From a virus (Duplodnaviria; Caudoviricetes), in IMG/VR virus record IMGVR_UViG_2671180604_000001, positions 1 through 64,000 of that record: a DNA stretch of 64,000 nucleotides; one strand, written 5' to 3'. The position numbers and the translations under genes were made by a program. Below the pieces are notes generated by a model. That model ran no database searches. It was given only the letters and a program-made list of their open reading frames with translations, and was not told the origin of the DNA. This document shows, piece by piece, positions 47,698-57,749 of the stretch (positions within the stretch are counted from its first letter, which is position 1; every line of letters starts with the position of its first letter).

Positions 47698-48474
47698 ATG
47701 TTAGGTGCAAATAATCCGTTTAATCAAAAACCGCAAAAAAATGTATTGAGAGCATTTGATTCTGCTGCTGCAGAAATTAGTAGCAGTGTTAAAACACTGA
47801 CAAGTTCAATAAGAGAAGAACTTTCATTTATCGAACATGTTCGAGAATTAGCTTTGAATATTGTTTCTGATCTTGTTGACGCGGTCACAGACAATACTTT
47901 AGATGAAGAAGAGTTGCCGACTGATCGACTTGATTTTCTAATTCTTGATGCGCTAGATGGTGCAGATGATGAAAATAGCACATTAGAAAATGCATTAGTT
48001 TCTTCTATTGATGATGCATTATCTAGCTTTGGAGTAGATGACTCAGTGATTGCTGAAATCTTTAGTGATAATGTTGAAGCTGCTGATGCTGCTATTGAAG
48101 CTGCTGCAAGCACAGTGATTGCCAATATGCCAGATGATGGTGATCCGTTAGATGAACTTGTACGAGAGTTTATCTATGGAGAACCCGATGAGGAAGAAGG
48201 TTTTGACTCGGTTGGGGGTAAGAAAAAGCTTTCACGCGGTCAGATGTCTACGAAATCAGTTGGTGGTCGTAAAGTACGTTATAAGGCGATTGCAGCAATC
48301 CGTAACGGTGTAAAAAAGATTGTGAATAAGCGTTTACCCGGTCAACGTATTCGTCTTTCAAGTGAACAAAAAGCTGGGCTTAAAAAGGCAAGTTTAAAAT
48401 CGCGTTCAGCGAATTCATTGAGAAAACGTATGAAGTCTTTGCTCAAAGGTAAAAAGATTGGTTTGTATAAATAA
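47698..48474 (+). CDS. Prohead core / scaffold-like protein
   Basis: Very acidic N-part, very basic C-terminus, two FDS motifs. Confidence 0.55.
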   Translation: MLGANNPFNQKPQKNVLRAFDSAAAEISSSVKTLTSSIREELSFIEHVRELALNIVSDLVDAVTDNTLDEEELPTDRLDFLILDALDGADDENSTLENALVSSIDDALSSFGVDDSVIAEIFSDNVEAADAAIEAAASTVIANMPDDGDPLDELVREFIYGEPDEEEGFDSVGGKKKLSRGQMSTKSVGGRKVRYKAIAAIRNGVKKIVNKRLPGQRIRLSSEQKAGLKKASLKSRSANSLRKRMKSLLKGKKIGLYK

Positions 48475-48484
48475 AAGCATCCAG

Positions 48485-48544
48485 TTGACATTCTAATTAA
48501 TCATACTAATATAAGTGTATTACAAAATAGTTTGTAATACACTT
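48485..48544 (+). promoter_or_regulatory. Sigma70 promoter and 14-bp inverted-repeat operator
   Basis: TTGACA 48485, TAATAT 48507; AAGTGTATTACAAA-atag-TTTGTAATACACTT 48513-48544. Confidence 0.7.
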
Positions 48545-48555
48545 TGGTGCGTACT

Positions 48556-49233
48556 ATGGTTATGAAAAAGCAAAATCGTCCATTAAGTTTACGAATTGAC
48601 GATTCACAGCAACCTTATATCGATCTTTTAAACCGAGCAAGCTTGTCTACAAGTGAGGGTATTCGAATGTTAATTGAGCGTTCTTTAAATCAAATTAATC
48701 AAATTGATTTATCAAATTTTAATGTAAATATCGAATTTAATTGGAATAAAACTTCCAATAATTCATTTCCAGAAAATGTTGGGTGTTTGCGCGTTAATGT
48801 TACACCACCGCAAAATCTGAGTAATGAAGACTTACACAGAATCGTTTTTTTGATTCCTGAGTTTTTAAAAAGTAATGCCACCAATAGCAGTGAATATGAG
48901 CCGTTTCGTATAGATTCATATTATTTTCATAGAGCAACTAATGGAAGAGTTGGATTCGAAAGTACGAAAGTACGTAGAAATACACTGGGATTTAGATTAA
49001 TTGATAACAAATGGAGAGCTGGAATTTTTTATTATGATTTCAATGAAATTGATTTAAAAGCTTTAGAAACTGAAATAACGCAACGCTTAAAAGAGCATAT
49101 TGAATCATCGATTATTCTTTTTATGATTGGGCAATTATCTGTAGAAAGGGTTCTAAAGGATGATGAACTAAAAACTTTTAATTCGATTACATATAAACAC
49201 AATATTGAAGCAAGTGATCTGTCTTTTGAATAA
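48556..49233 (+). CDS. Moron: RHH-like DNA-binding N-terminus plus unknown domain
   Basis: RPLSLRIDD...STSEGIRMLIERSL; own promoter/operator. Confidence 0.7.
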   Translation: MVMKKQNRPLSLRIDDSQQPYIDLLNRASLSTSEGIRMLIERSLNQINQIDLSNFNVNIEFNWNKTSNNSFPENVGCLRVNVTPPQNLSNEDLHRIVFLIPEFLKSNATNSSEYEPFRIDSYYFHRATNGRVGFESTKVRRNTLGFRLIDNKWRAGIFYYDFNEIDLKALETEITQRLKEHIESSIILFMIGQLSVERVLKDDELKTFNSITYKHNIEASDLSFE

Positions 49234-49287
49234 AATTTTAATGATGGTTTAGAATAAAATTTGCTAAACCATCGCCTTTTAATAATT

Positions 49288-49327
49288 CGGAACACTTTAA
49301 TTTTTGAAATTATTTAGCATTCATAAT
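49288..49327 (+). promoter_or_regulatory. Late-promoter-like element (CGGAAC variant)
   Basis: CGGAAC 49288, CATAAT 49322. Confidence 0.6.
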
Positions 49328-49354
49328 TGATGTATCTATTAAGATTTGAGAATT

Positions 49355-50005
49355 ATGATGCGTCAAGTCAATCCAATGCTTTTAAATCAAATGAAAGCTG
49401 ACTCAATAGCTATTCAGCAACTTGGTTCACCGATATTGTCCTGTCAAGGTATGTTGGTTCCTCGTGGTTTGGAAGATTACCGTTTTTTAATTAAAAGCTG
49501 CCCACGCCCGATTATAAGCAATGAAGATCCAGCTGAAGTTCAATTCCCTGGTGGATTTACTGGGATTGTGGCTGGACCTCCAAAAACACATTACACAGGG
49601 AATTTACAACTCTTGGTCACTGAAGCTGGCCATGATCAACTTTTCGCTGAATATGTAGTAGCTAGTAAGGGAATAATTGATTGCGATTATTATGATGGGC
49701 ATTTAAAAAGTTTTACACGAGCTTATGCGCTTGAAAACTGTGCTATTCGTTTTGAAATGGCTGAGTATGATACAGATAGTCGTTCGCAAGTCATGACTGT
49801 TTCTTGTCCTATCGATTTTAACTTTTTTGGTGGCTTCGCAAATATTGGTAGTAATGGCACTGTATTACCAGGTCTAAAACAAATTGAAGGGGTAGAAGAT
49901 TTAATTAGCAGAGTTCAAAGTGTAGTGAATACTGCTCAAGCTGTTACTGGTTTAGCTGGGGCAGCTACAGGTCTTACTCGTCAAATTGGTTCGTTATTTG
50001 GGTAA
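49355..50005 (+). CDS. Tail tube protein (P1 Tub-like)
   Basis: 219-aa beta-rich tube-like pattern; first gene of the tail operon. Confidence 0.6.
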   Translation: MMRQVNPMLLNQMKADSIAIQQLGSPILSCQGMLVPRGLEDYRFLIKSCPRPIISNEDPAEVQFPGGFTGIVAGPPKTHYTGNLQLLVTEAGHDQLFAEYVVASKGIIDCDYYDGHLKSFTRAYALENCAIRFEMAEYDTDSRSQVMTVSCPIDFNFFGGFANIGSNGTVLPGLKQIEGVEDLISRVQSVVNTAQAVTGLAGAATGLTRQIGSLFG

Positions 50006-50010
50006 CTGCT

Positions 50011-50457
50011 ATGCAATTGCTACCTGATGATGGCTCTCTTTATCCAAAGGTAATTGCTGGTTCAATAGAAGAACTAGCAATGATCTTTTATCAAAAACTA
50101 CAAATGAAAGGCTATTCACTTCTAGCTGAAGACGTGACAAATGCTTTAATTGAAGAAACAAAGCGTTATGCTGGTTGTGCTACCTTGAGATGTCATCGTG
50201 GCTCTACAGCTGTAATCACGATTGATAAAAACATAGTTCTTGAAGGATTTGAATGGTTCATCATCGAATCTTGCTTTAGTGCAAACTGCGATTTAATCCA
50301 AGCTCAGCTTGTTGAAGCATCACGAAGTATGGGTGGTGATGGTTTTGGCATGTCAGTGAGTGAAGCTGAACAAGCATTTAATCAAGCCAAAGAGTTAATG
50401 CCTAAAAATGCATTTGTGGAACCTCCGTTTAGTTTTAAAACGTTAGGGGGGAATTGA
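50011..50457 (+). CDS. Phage structural/assembly protein
   Basis: 148 aa in the tail operon. Confidence 0.6.
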   Translation: MQLLPDDGSLYPKVIAGSIEELAMIFYQKLQMKGYSLLAEDVTNALIEETKRYAGCATLRCHRGSTAVITIDKNIVLEGFEWFIIESCFSANCDLIQAQLVEASRSMGGDGFGMSVSEAEQAFNQAKELMPKNAFVEPPFSFKTLGGN

Positions 50458-51353
50458 TGCGAATCGCGATATTGGCAACTAACAAACTTATCTCTGCATC
50501 TGAATTGATGATTGCAACATTGAGAACTGATCTAGTTCCTGTGCCTGTTAGTATCGAATTCGCGGTCAAATATACAAAAGAACTCAATGATCAATTGGTA
50601 GATGGCGCGGAAATTATCGTGAATGATATTCCATATCCATTCGAGATCGTTTATTCACATCCTGTTAAGTCTCAAACGATTAAAGATAATTCTCGAATTG
50701 GTGCGATTTCATGTATCGCAGTGTTTAAGGGTTGTAAAAATATTCTGGAGCAAGCTAAAAAGGCTGTAATTTTGGAGCAGACCTCTTTTAATGCTGTATA
50801 TCGTGCATGTGGTGCCTCAAATATCCGCTTAGGTGATGATATTCCTTTACCTGAATTTATTTGTCTCAACGGTAGCTTGATTTCAGAACGTATAGCACTT
50901 TATTTACAACAAGAAGCTGCGGTGATTTGTTTTAAAGATAATAAGATTTGTGTTCTAAAACTGGATTCACTTTTTAAACAAGAAGCCGTACTTAAATTAG
51001 ATCCTAGTGAAATCCAGTGGTTTAACAGTGATCAAATAGAGAAGTTTCAAAAATCCTCATACGTCTCAGTTGATCAAGATGGATCGACAGTAATTGGAGA
51101 TGATACGACTACAAAAGGGCAATCTGTTATTCAGAAAGCTGGTCTTGACTCTCGACAATTGAAGAATCTAGAAAAAGTATTAATACCGCGTGGTGTCGTA
51201 AATCGATCAATGAGTTTACAAGTGAATGGCGGTGATCTAGTCGAAGTCGATAAAAAGAAATATGTCATTTTGACAGCAGCACATGAAGTAGAAACAGGTG
51301 CTATAGGTGGCAATGTCGGTTCAACAACAAAACTTTGGTTAGCAAGTTTATAG
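50457..51353 (+). CDS. Baseplate hub protein
   Basis: LRTDLVPVPVSIEF N-terminus; immediately before the spike gene. Confidence 0.6.
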   Translation: MRIAILATNKLISASELMIATLRTDLVPVPVSIEFAVKYTKELNDQLVDGAEIIVNDIPYPFEIVYSHPVKSQTIKDNSRIGAISCIAVFKGCKNILEQAKKAVILEQTSFNAVYRACGASNIRLGDDIPLPEFICLNGSLISERIALYLQQEAAVICFKDNKICVLKLDSLFKQEAVLKLDPSEIQWFNSDQIEKFQKSSYVSVDQDGSTVIGDDTTTKGQSVIQKAGLDSRQLKNLEKVLIPRGVVNRSMSLQVNGGDLVEVDKKKYVILTAAHEVETGAIGGNVGSTTKLWLASL

Positions 51354-51359
51354 GTGGCG

Positions 51360-51875
51360 ATGATGAATGGTTTCAAAAAAGCCAAAATCTTGAGTTACGA
51401 TGCGCAAGGCAGAACTGCAAAGATTCATATACCAGGTCTTACAGATGGAGCTAGTAATGGATTAACAGCTACTTTTGCCTATCCCGTAGGTGATAGCGAC
51501 AAAGATACTGAACGCGAAATCTTAGAGGGTGAGGATGTATATATCTTCTTTGAAAATAATGAACAATCGCGTCCTGTCATCGCCTTTTACAGTAGTCATA
51601 GCAAAGAAGCTGTAGTTGACATTCGCCGTATTAGACAAGAAAACATTGAAATATTGGCAAGAACAGAAATTACTATGGATGCACCAACTATCCATTTAAA
51701 AGGAAAAGTGATAATTGACGGGGATATTGTCCACACAGGTGATCAAACTACGACAGGGACTATTTCAGCGACTGATGATGTTATTGCAGCAGGTATTTCA
51801 GGTAAATCGCATCCTCATACTGGTGTTAGAGGCGGAACAGATAATAGTGGTCCGCCGTTACCATCTGGAACTTGA
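51360..51875 (+). CDS. Baseplate central spike (gpV/gp5-like)
   Basis: OB-fold N-terminus, beta-helix, C-terminal HPH metal-binding apex (SGKSHPHTGV). Confidence 0.85.
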   Translation: MMNGFKKAKILSYDAQGRTAKIHIPGLTDGASNGLTATFAYPVGDSDKDTEREILEGEDVYIFFENNEQSRPVIAFYSSHSKEAVVDIRRIRQENIEILARTEITMDAPTIHLKGKVIIDGDIVHTGDQTTTGTISATDDVIAAGISGKSHPHTGVRGGTDNSGPPLPSGT

Positions 51876-51906
51876 TTGATATATCAAACTTATAACAAGC
51901 CAAAAT
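51866..51906 (+). promoter_or_regulatory. Late-promoter-like element
   Basis: TGGAAC 51866 (inside the last codons of the spike gene), AAAAT 51902. Confidence 0.7.
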
Positions 51907-51935
51907 AGTTGTAATTGTTAATCTTTGGCGAATAT

Positions 51936-53477
51936 ATGGCTGCTTCAGACATTTTATCCCTTTTGTTAGGACCAAGTGCGAATAGCATCCCTCAGCAATT
52001 GGTTGATGCTAACCAAGAAGTCATGGCGCAAATGTATGATTCAGTAGCTCCATTTTCACTTGGCACGCATACTACACCTGAAAATAAAAAAAGAACCCGT
52101 AAAGAGATTTTGACCAAGTGGGAGCAAATGCTAAAGTTTGCCCCCGTACCAGAAGGCATCGGTATACATGTCATGGCTGCGCTTGGGGGTGATACGCACA
52201 GTGGTCAACAAATTTTTATCACACCAACAGAGCGATTACGTGGAGAAATTGGAGCAACGGAAAAAGCCCAATTAGAAAAACTAAAAAAGCGAATTAAACC
52301 TGTAGAAACCATTATTAATAAATACATTACTAAATTATGTTCGGAAGGTATTTCCTTTGGGGATGCCTATGCCCGTGTATATGGCAAAAAGGGAGTAGGT
52401 GTTACTGACTTACTTAGTAATGAATATACCTATGCACCTCAAATACAGGCATTCGAGCAGGGCAGTAAGACAGTCGCTTACTTTGCTCTGAATCCAAAGA
52501 ACTGGTCCAAAGTCATTACGAAATTAAATGCCACACAGATGGTACGGATGAAATTGCCACGGATTCAAAATGTACCGCAATTTGATCCAGTAGAAGCTAG
52601 TTTAATTTCTCAAATGCTGGAAGGTGACGATCCTGAAGAACTACCGATTTTACCAGCGCAAGTTGGTGGCTCTTTTTTGATTGCCATAGAGAAAACCTAT
52701 GATGATGTCATTCTTGCCTTAACCACGATGAACAGTCAGCAAGTCGCTGATGCTGTTAATCAAATGTTTCTGACGCTGAACATGGCAGGTATGCCTCCAG
52801 CACAACGAGATGCTTATATCCGTGGTCTAGAGGGAATGCTCAAAGATCATGAGAAGTTCGTAAAAAATGCAATGGAAGGTGGTGAAGGTATTTGGAATAC
52901 TAAATATCACGTATTACCGACTTGGGATGAAAAACAGATTCTTAATCCCGTTGGAGATATCAAAGGGCAACGTAATTCACCGGTTAATATTGAAACTTTT
53001 ATGATTAATGTTCGCTTGCTAATGGGGGGAATTGGTCTTGACCCTTCAATGGTTGGGTGGGCTGATATGCTTTCTGGTGGAATTGGAGATGGGGCAGCCT
53101 TTCATACGTCAAGTCAGATTATGCGCCGTTCCATGTATATCAGACAATCAGCCGTTCAATTCGCCAATGATATTATGCACATCGATTGGGGCTATTGTTA
53201 CAACGAACAATTTGAAGCAGGTGAGCTTGATTTTCCATGGCAAATTGAATTTTCTAGTACCCAGTCAGCAGCTGTGACTGAAGAAAATACCAATAAGCAA
53301 ACTCAAATGAATACATCGCTGCTTAAAATCCAAGTCATTACCTCCCTTAAAGAATCGGAATTAAGCGAAGAAACCATGCAATATATATTAGAAAAAGATG
53401 CTGGTTTTAATTATGACGATTCATGTCGCATCGCTGCGGATATTGCGAAATCTCGTAAAAATGCTGGGAGTGAATAA
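51936..53477 (+). CDS. prt: Portal protein (P1 Prt-like)
   Basis: ~513 aa; FGDAYARVYG and GIGLDPSMVGWADMLSGGIGDGA motifs. Confidence 0.8.
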   Translation: MAASDILSLLLGPSANSIPQQLVDANQEVMAQMYDSVAPFSLGTHTTPENKKRTRKEILTKWEQMLKFAPVPEGIGIHVMAALGGDTHSGQQIFITPTERLRGEIGATEKAQLEKLKKRIKPVETIINKYITKLCSEGISFGDAYARVYGKKGVGVTDLLSNEYTYAPQIQAFEQGSKTVAYFALNPKNWSKVITKLNATQMVRMKLPRIQNVPQFDPVEASLISQMLEGDDPEELPILPAQVGGSFLIAIEKTYDDVILALTTMNSQQVADAVNQMFLTLNMAGMPPAQRDAYIRGLEGMLKDHEKFVKNAMEGGEGIWNTKYHVLPTWDEKQILNPVGDIKGQRNSPVNIETFMINVRLLMGGIGLDPSMVGWADMLSGGIGDGAAFHTSSQIMRRSMYIRQSAVQFANDIMHIDWGYCYNEQFEAGELDFPWQIEFSSTQSAAVTEENTNKQTQMNTSLLKIQVITSLKESELSEETMQYILEKDAGFNYDDSCRIAADIAKSRKNAGSE

Positions 53478-53480
53478 TAG

Positions 53481-54194
53481 ATGGCTATGCACTTAAATAT
53501 TTCCAAAGGTCGTAATACAAGTGGTGTATGGACTGGAATGCCAATTGATGAAGCTTTAACGCAATACCAGAAAATTTACAGTTGGGGGACGTTATCCTCA
53601 TTACATTATGGTGTATGGCTTGAACCATTCGACGAGGAAGGGAAAATAGCAAAAGAGTCAATCGAGCTGATTGACTCTTACGATTTAACACATCATGAGG
53701 CAGGAAATTTCAATGCTTTTGAAAAAGGAGAAAAAGGATTTTTACCTGGAACTAAAATCGAAAGTATTCCATTGATGGACAACACAAAATTGCCTTGGCT
53801 TTGTCAGAGTTTAGATTTATCCGTTTTAGATGCTCAAACAGATAGCGTACAAATTGGTACATTCCAACTCAATCACATCACTGGAAATAGTTCGGGTGAA
53901 ATATCAATTCCCTTCATTGAAACACGTAATGCATCAATTCTGAATAGTGCTTTGGCAATAAAAGCGATCATGTTTCCTGAAGGTGAGGATGGAGGGACAC
54001 AAGCCTTACCAAATGATTATTTGATGCGGTTGACAATTTACATTTACGACAGACATAGTATTTCTACGCGAGTTTTTGAGATCAAGCATTTAGTAGCTTT
54101 GCAAACTGGAAGTATTCCACTAGACGCAACTAACAAAAATGGTGTTGGGATCGTTACTTTGAATTTTATTAAGATGTTCCCGATGTTGAAGTAA
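53481..54194 (+). CDS. Tail tube-like / baseplate tube initiator protein
   Basis: ISIPFIETRN, GTQALPNDY, final beta strand IVTLNF. Confidence 0.55.
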   Translation: MAMHLNISKGRNTSGVWTGMPIDEALTQYQKIYSWGTLSSLHYGVWLEPFDEEGKIAKESIELIDSYDLTHHEAGNFNAFEKGEKGFLPGTKIESIPLMDNTKLPWLCQSLDLSVLDAQTDSVQIGTFQLNHITGNSSGEISIPFIETRNASILNSALAIKAIMFPEGEDGGTQALPNDYLMRLTIYIYDRHSISTRVFEIKHLVALQTGSIPLDATNKNGVGIVTLNFIKMFPMLK

Positions 54195-54309
54195 TAACAT
54201 AGTAAATAAACACAAATGTTTACAACTAAAGCTATTAATAATCATAATTGTAATTTATATTTTTAGGTAAGAGTTTTTATTATATAATTTTTTTTAAAAG
54301 GATAATTAA

Positions 54310-55368
54310 ATGAAAGTAATAAATATAAATGAATTGTCTAATATTTTAGAGCATTCTGATGATTTTACTAAGGAGTTAAGTAAGTATGTAGATGTTGTAT
54401 ATACAGATGATGGTTTTGATTTTGTACCTAAGGGAAATTTGAAAGTAATTGATGATGATGGTACAGAAATATATAATTTTGAAAATTCACTAATGTTGAA
54501 GGACAGAAGAGGATTCGTTTTAAATACTAATTCTCAATGGACCTTGGCATCAAAAAGTATATTTAAAAATTCAGCATTTAAAGGAGTATTTAATCCTTTT
54601 AAAGATTTTATTATAGATATAGAAAGAAAAAATAGAATTAAAAAATTCTACTCAAAGAAAAAAAGCGGTAATTACAATAGGATAGTAATTTCATGTGGTG
54701 ATTCTTGGCTACAGCATCCTTTAAATAAAGATATTATCGATGCATTGGAAGAATCCGATAATGATTATGCAATATACTGCATAGCACGTGCTGGAAAAGA
54801 GTTACGAGAAATAATTAACGAAAAAGAGTTTATTTCTCCTCTAAAAACTGAAAAAGCTAGTGCATTTATATTTAGTGCAGGAGGTAATGATATATTAGAT
54901 GATGTATCCCTATTTGTTCATAATTTTGATGTAAATAAATCACCTAGAGAACATTTAAATCAAGACTATTTTAATAAACTTGATCAGTTGAAATATTGGT
55001 ATAAAGAGGTTTTCTTGAGTGTCATTCAATACAGTAAATCAATCGATAAAATAATTGTACATAGTTATGATTATCCAATACCTGTAAGCCACAATGATGG
55101 GCGATCTGGAAATTGGATTGGAAAAAAGTTAGACGAAAAGCGTAATATTAAAGATAGATCTTTACAAAAGAAAATTATTACAGAGGTGATTAATGATATT
55201 TATGCAATATTGCATGAATTATCTACATCGAAAGAGTTTTTGGATAAAATAATTCTATTAGATTTTAGAGGGAAATTCACTAAAGCATCAGAATGGTTTG
55301 ATGAAATTCACCCGAATAAGTCTAGTAATAAAATTCTGGCTAATATTATTGCAAATCAAATTTCTTAA
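54310..55368 (+). CDS. SGNH/GDSL hydrolase (moron)
   Basis: GDSW, AG, SAGGND and DEIHP blocks; AT-rich. Confidence 0.85.
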   Translation: MKVININELSNILEHSDDFTKELSKYVDVVYTDDGFDFVPKGNLKVIDDDGTEIYNFENSLMLKDRRGFVLNTNSQWTLASKSIFKNSAFKGVFNPFKDFIIDIERKNRIKKFYSKKKSGNYNRIVISCGDSWLQHPLNKDIIDALEESDNDYAIYCIARAGKELREIINEKEFISPLKTEKASAFIFSAGGNDILDDVSLFVHNFDVNKSPREHLNQDYFNKLDQLKYWYKEVFLSVIQYSKSIDKIIVHSYDYPIPVSHNDGRSGNWIGKKLDEKRNIKDRSLQKKIITEVINDIYAILHELSTSKEFLDKIILLDFRGKFTKASEWFDEIHPNKSSNKILANIIANQIS

Positions 55369-55383
55369 AAATTAGTTTAGTGA

Positions 55384-55451
55384 TGGAACTAGTCAGGTTT
55401 CTTAAACTTTCATAATGAAATAATTGCCTCAATCAGAAAAATATTGAGGCA
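55384..55451 (+). promoter_or_regulatory. Late-promoter-like element plus RBS-covering hairpin
   Basis: TGGAAC 55384, ATAAT 55420; TGCCTCAAT 55425-55433 / ATTGAGGCA 55443-55451. Confidence 0.75.
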
Positions 55452-55459
55452 TTTTTTAA

Positions 55460-57361
55460 ATGCGAAATATCGACATATTTACTTTATTACATGAACCACA
55501 TACCAGTCGTTTAGTACAGGGATTTGATTCTGTAAATAGTGGTGCTTGTTCAATTGGATTGATCAAAGGGCAATATCGTCAGCTCAATGCGATTGTTGCA
55601 GAGTCTGCAACGGAAGAAGATCAGTGGCGTATTGTCAATTTAAAGGGTTCAATCAATAGCATTGCAGCGTTTGATTCAGTTGCCGTTTTAGGTGCAGTTG
55701 ATAATGACCATGCAAGTGCATTAGCACAAATGCAGTTTGGACGTATGTTCGATGCCATTGAAAATGATGTAATTGAAACCAATACAAATGGTCTCTTACG
55801 CCATTTAGCCACATCACAATTTCATAAGAATATGCAACTTATTCATCGAGATCATTTAGTCGCATTGCAAGACATTCCATGTGCTGTATTACCAGGTTGG
55901 GACAGTATTGAACTTACAACACATGAAGGAAAAACAGCAAATCTGCTATTAGACATGCAACTTCATGATGACAATACAGAACTATTATCTAGTTTTGATG
56001 GTTTAGCCAATTTGCTTGAATCAATTGGAGCAGAACACCCTGATTTTGATTCAATCATTGTTGAGTATCAATATCTCGATAAATTAATGAATATGCTGCA
56101 TACAGCCATGCAAACAGCGTCTAAAGGCGGTGTAAAGGTTCTAAATGTAGATCGTAGTGAAAAGCCATTTCGACACAAAAAAGTGCTGAATGTCGCCGTT
56201 TCATATGATTTTGAAGATGGGCAATCCATTACGATTCTATTCCATAATCCTGATCGTGACGCAAAACGGATTTCGCCACAAGACACTTTATTGTCGTGGA
56301 AGATTCTCATGAATAAGCGTGATGTAACAGGCGTGATTCAGCCAAACCAAGGTGAGGGTATTGCATTACCTGTACTTGCTGGGCGTGTTGTTAAATTGAT
56401 TAATCAGAACAGCGCACGGTTTAAACGTACTCAGGCTAAGAAAGCCGAAAGTGCGCAAACTTTAGCTGATACCGAACAACGTATTGCAGATAAGCAAAAT
56501 CAAAAGACGGCATTATCTTCAGAAATTCAGGGGCTACTTGATCAAATTGATGGATTAAATAAGCAAAATAATGGTCAAGCTCCAAATGTTGATACTGGTG
56601 CGGTGGATAATGCTGCACAATCTGTAAATACAAAAGCTGTGACCAAAGCTGAAGCTCGTCAAATTTATGATGTTTTAAGTACAAGTCACCGTTGGTTGAC
56701 TGGTGGTACCACTGAAGAATTCTATAACCAGAATTATCCTACTGGAATAGATGAAGCGCTTATAGATGCAAAAAACCTTCTTGAACGTCCATTTGGAAAA
56801 GTTGCTTTGGCAAATGGATTAAAAGATTCAATTGAACGAATGATTGCAACTGTAGAAAATACAATTGAACGCTGGAATAAAGGTTTAAGTGAAGATTCAT
56901 CAAAAGCCAAAACCTATCCGCCTATTGAGGACTTAGGTGATGGTTATTACAAAGCCTTCAAAAATGATAAAAAACTTGATGATTGGACAGCCCATATCAA
57001 TACATATGGCGAATGGCAAGTATCAGCAAATAATGCTTCATCTCGTGCTTGGAACAATGGCTATGGGGCACCTCGATTCTTTAAAACACTTGATGAAATG
57101 ATTGCTAAGTATCCAGCATTTGCTGCATTACCTGCAATGTTACCAACAGAGGATAATGCAAACGATAATAGCAATAATGATGATGCAGAATATTTGAATA
57201 AAGTCATTAAAGGTGAGGTTGATTTCTCAAATGCAAGTGAAGTTGAAACTCAACTAGAAACTATTGGTGGGCGTTTAACGTCTGAAACAAATGATTTATT
57301 TGAACAAGCTGTTTCAGCTTATTCGATGTATCAAGTAAACCAAGCTGCATCGGTCAATTAA
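55460..57361 (+). CDS. darA: DarA-like internal head / antirestriction protein
   Basis: FEDGQSITILFHNPD...LLSWKILMNKRDVT core, coiled coil, C-terminal YLNKVIKGEVD...LFEQAV domain. Confidence 0.8.
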   Translation: MRNIDIFTLLHEPHTSRLVQGFDSVNSGACSIGLIKGQYRQLNAIVAESATEEDQWRIVNLKGSINSIAAFDSVAVLGAVDNDHASALAQMQFGRMFDAIENDVIETNTNGLLRHLATSQFHKNMQLIHRDHLVALQDIPCAVLPGWDSIELTTHEGKTANLLLDMQLHDDNTELLSSFDGLANLLESIGAEHPDFDSIIVEYQYLDKLMNMLHTAMQTASKGGVKVLNVDRSEKPFRHKKVLNVAVSYDFEDGQSITILFHNPDRDAKRISPQDTLLSWKILMNKRDVTGVIQPNQGEGIALPVLAGRVVKLINQNSARFKRTQAKKAESAQTLADTEQRIADKQNQKTALSSEIQGLLDQIDGLNKQNNGQAPNVDTGAVDNAAQSVNTKAVTKAEARQIYDVLSTSHRWLTGGTTEEFYNQNYPTGIDEALIDAKNLLERPFGKVALANGLKDSIERMIATVENTIERWNKGLSEDSSKAKTYPPIEDLGDGYYKAFKNDKKLDDWTAHINTYGEWQVSANNASSRAWNNGYGAPRFFKTLDEMIAKYPAFAALPAMLPTEDNANDNSNNDDAEYLNKVIKGEVDFSNASEVETQLETIGGRLTSETNDLFEQAVSAYSMYQVNQAASVN

Positions 57362-57374
57362 GGAAAAGCTTTAA

Positions 57375-57692
57375 ATGAATGGCTTAGAGAAGTTAAAACT
57401 TACGAAAGAATTACGTACTTTACTTGAGCAGATCCCGAATCTAAAAGGAATGGAGAAACTTCAAAGCGCTAAGCGATTACGTGAACTGCTTGAGTTGCTT
57501 GGTGGAAAGTCTAATGAGGCCGTGAATAAGCTGTTTCAGTCTATCATTGACGGTGATGTCAAAGTTTCTGTTGAGCTACTACAAAATGTTCGTAGTGAAG
57601 CCGAGAAAAACTTAGATGACCCACTATTACTTGAGGCGGTAAATGTCTTGATAGCTCAAGTTAATGAGATAGTTGGAACTGAGCAAGCTTAG
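57375..57692 (+). CDS. Small dar-operon protein with DarA-C-like domain
   Basis: LEKLKLTKEL N-terminus; LFQSIIDGDV...LLEAV resembles the DarA C-terminus. Confidence 0.6.
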   Translation: MNGLEKLKLTKELRTLLEQIPNLKGMEKLQSAKRLRELLELLGGKSNEAVNKLFQSIIDGDVKVSVELLQNVRSEAEKNLDDPLLLEAVNVLIAQVNEIVGTEQA

Positions 57693-57735
57693 ACAAGCAA
57701 TAAGCTTTCAAAATAGTCCTTAAATGGGCTATTTT
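57674..57735 (+). promoter_or_regulatory. Late-promoter-like element plus hairpin
   Basis: TGGAAC 57674, AAAAT 57710; AAAATAGTCC / GGGCTATTTT. Confidence 0.75.
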
Positions 57736-57749
57736 TTTGAGTTTTATCT

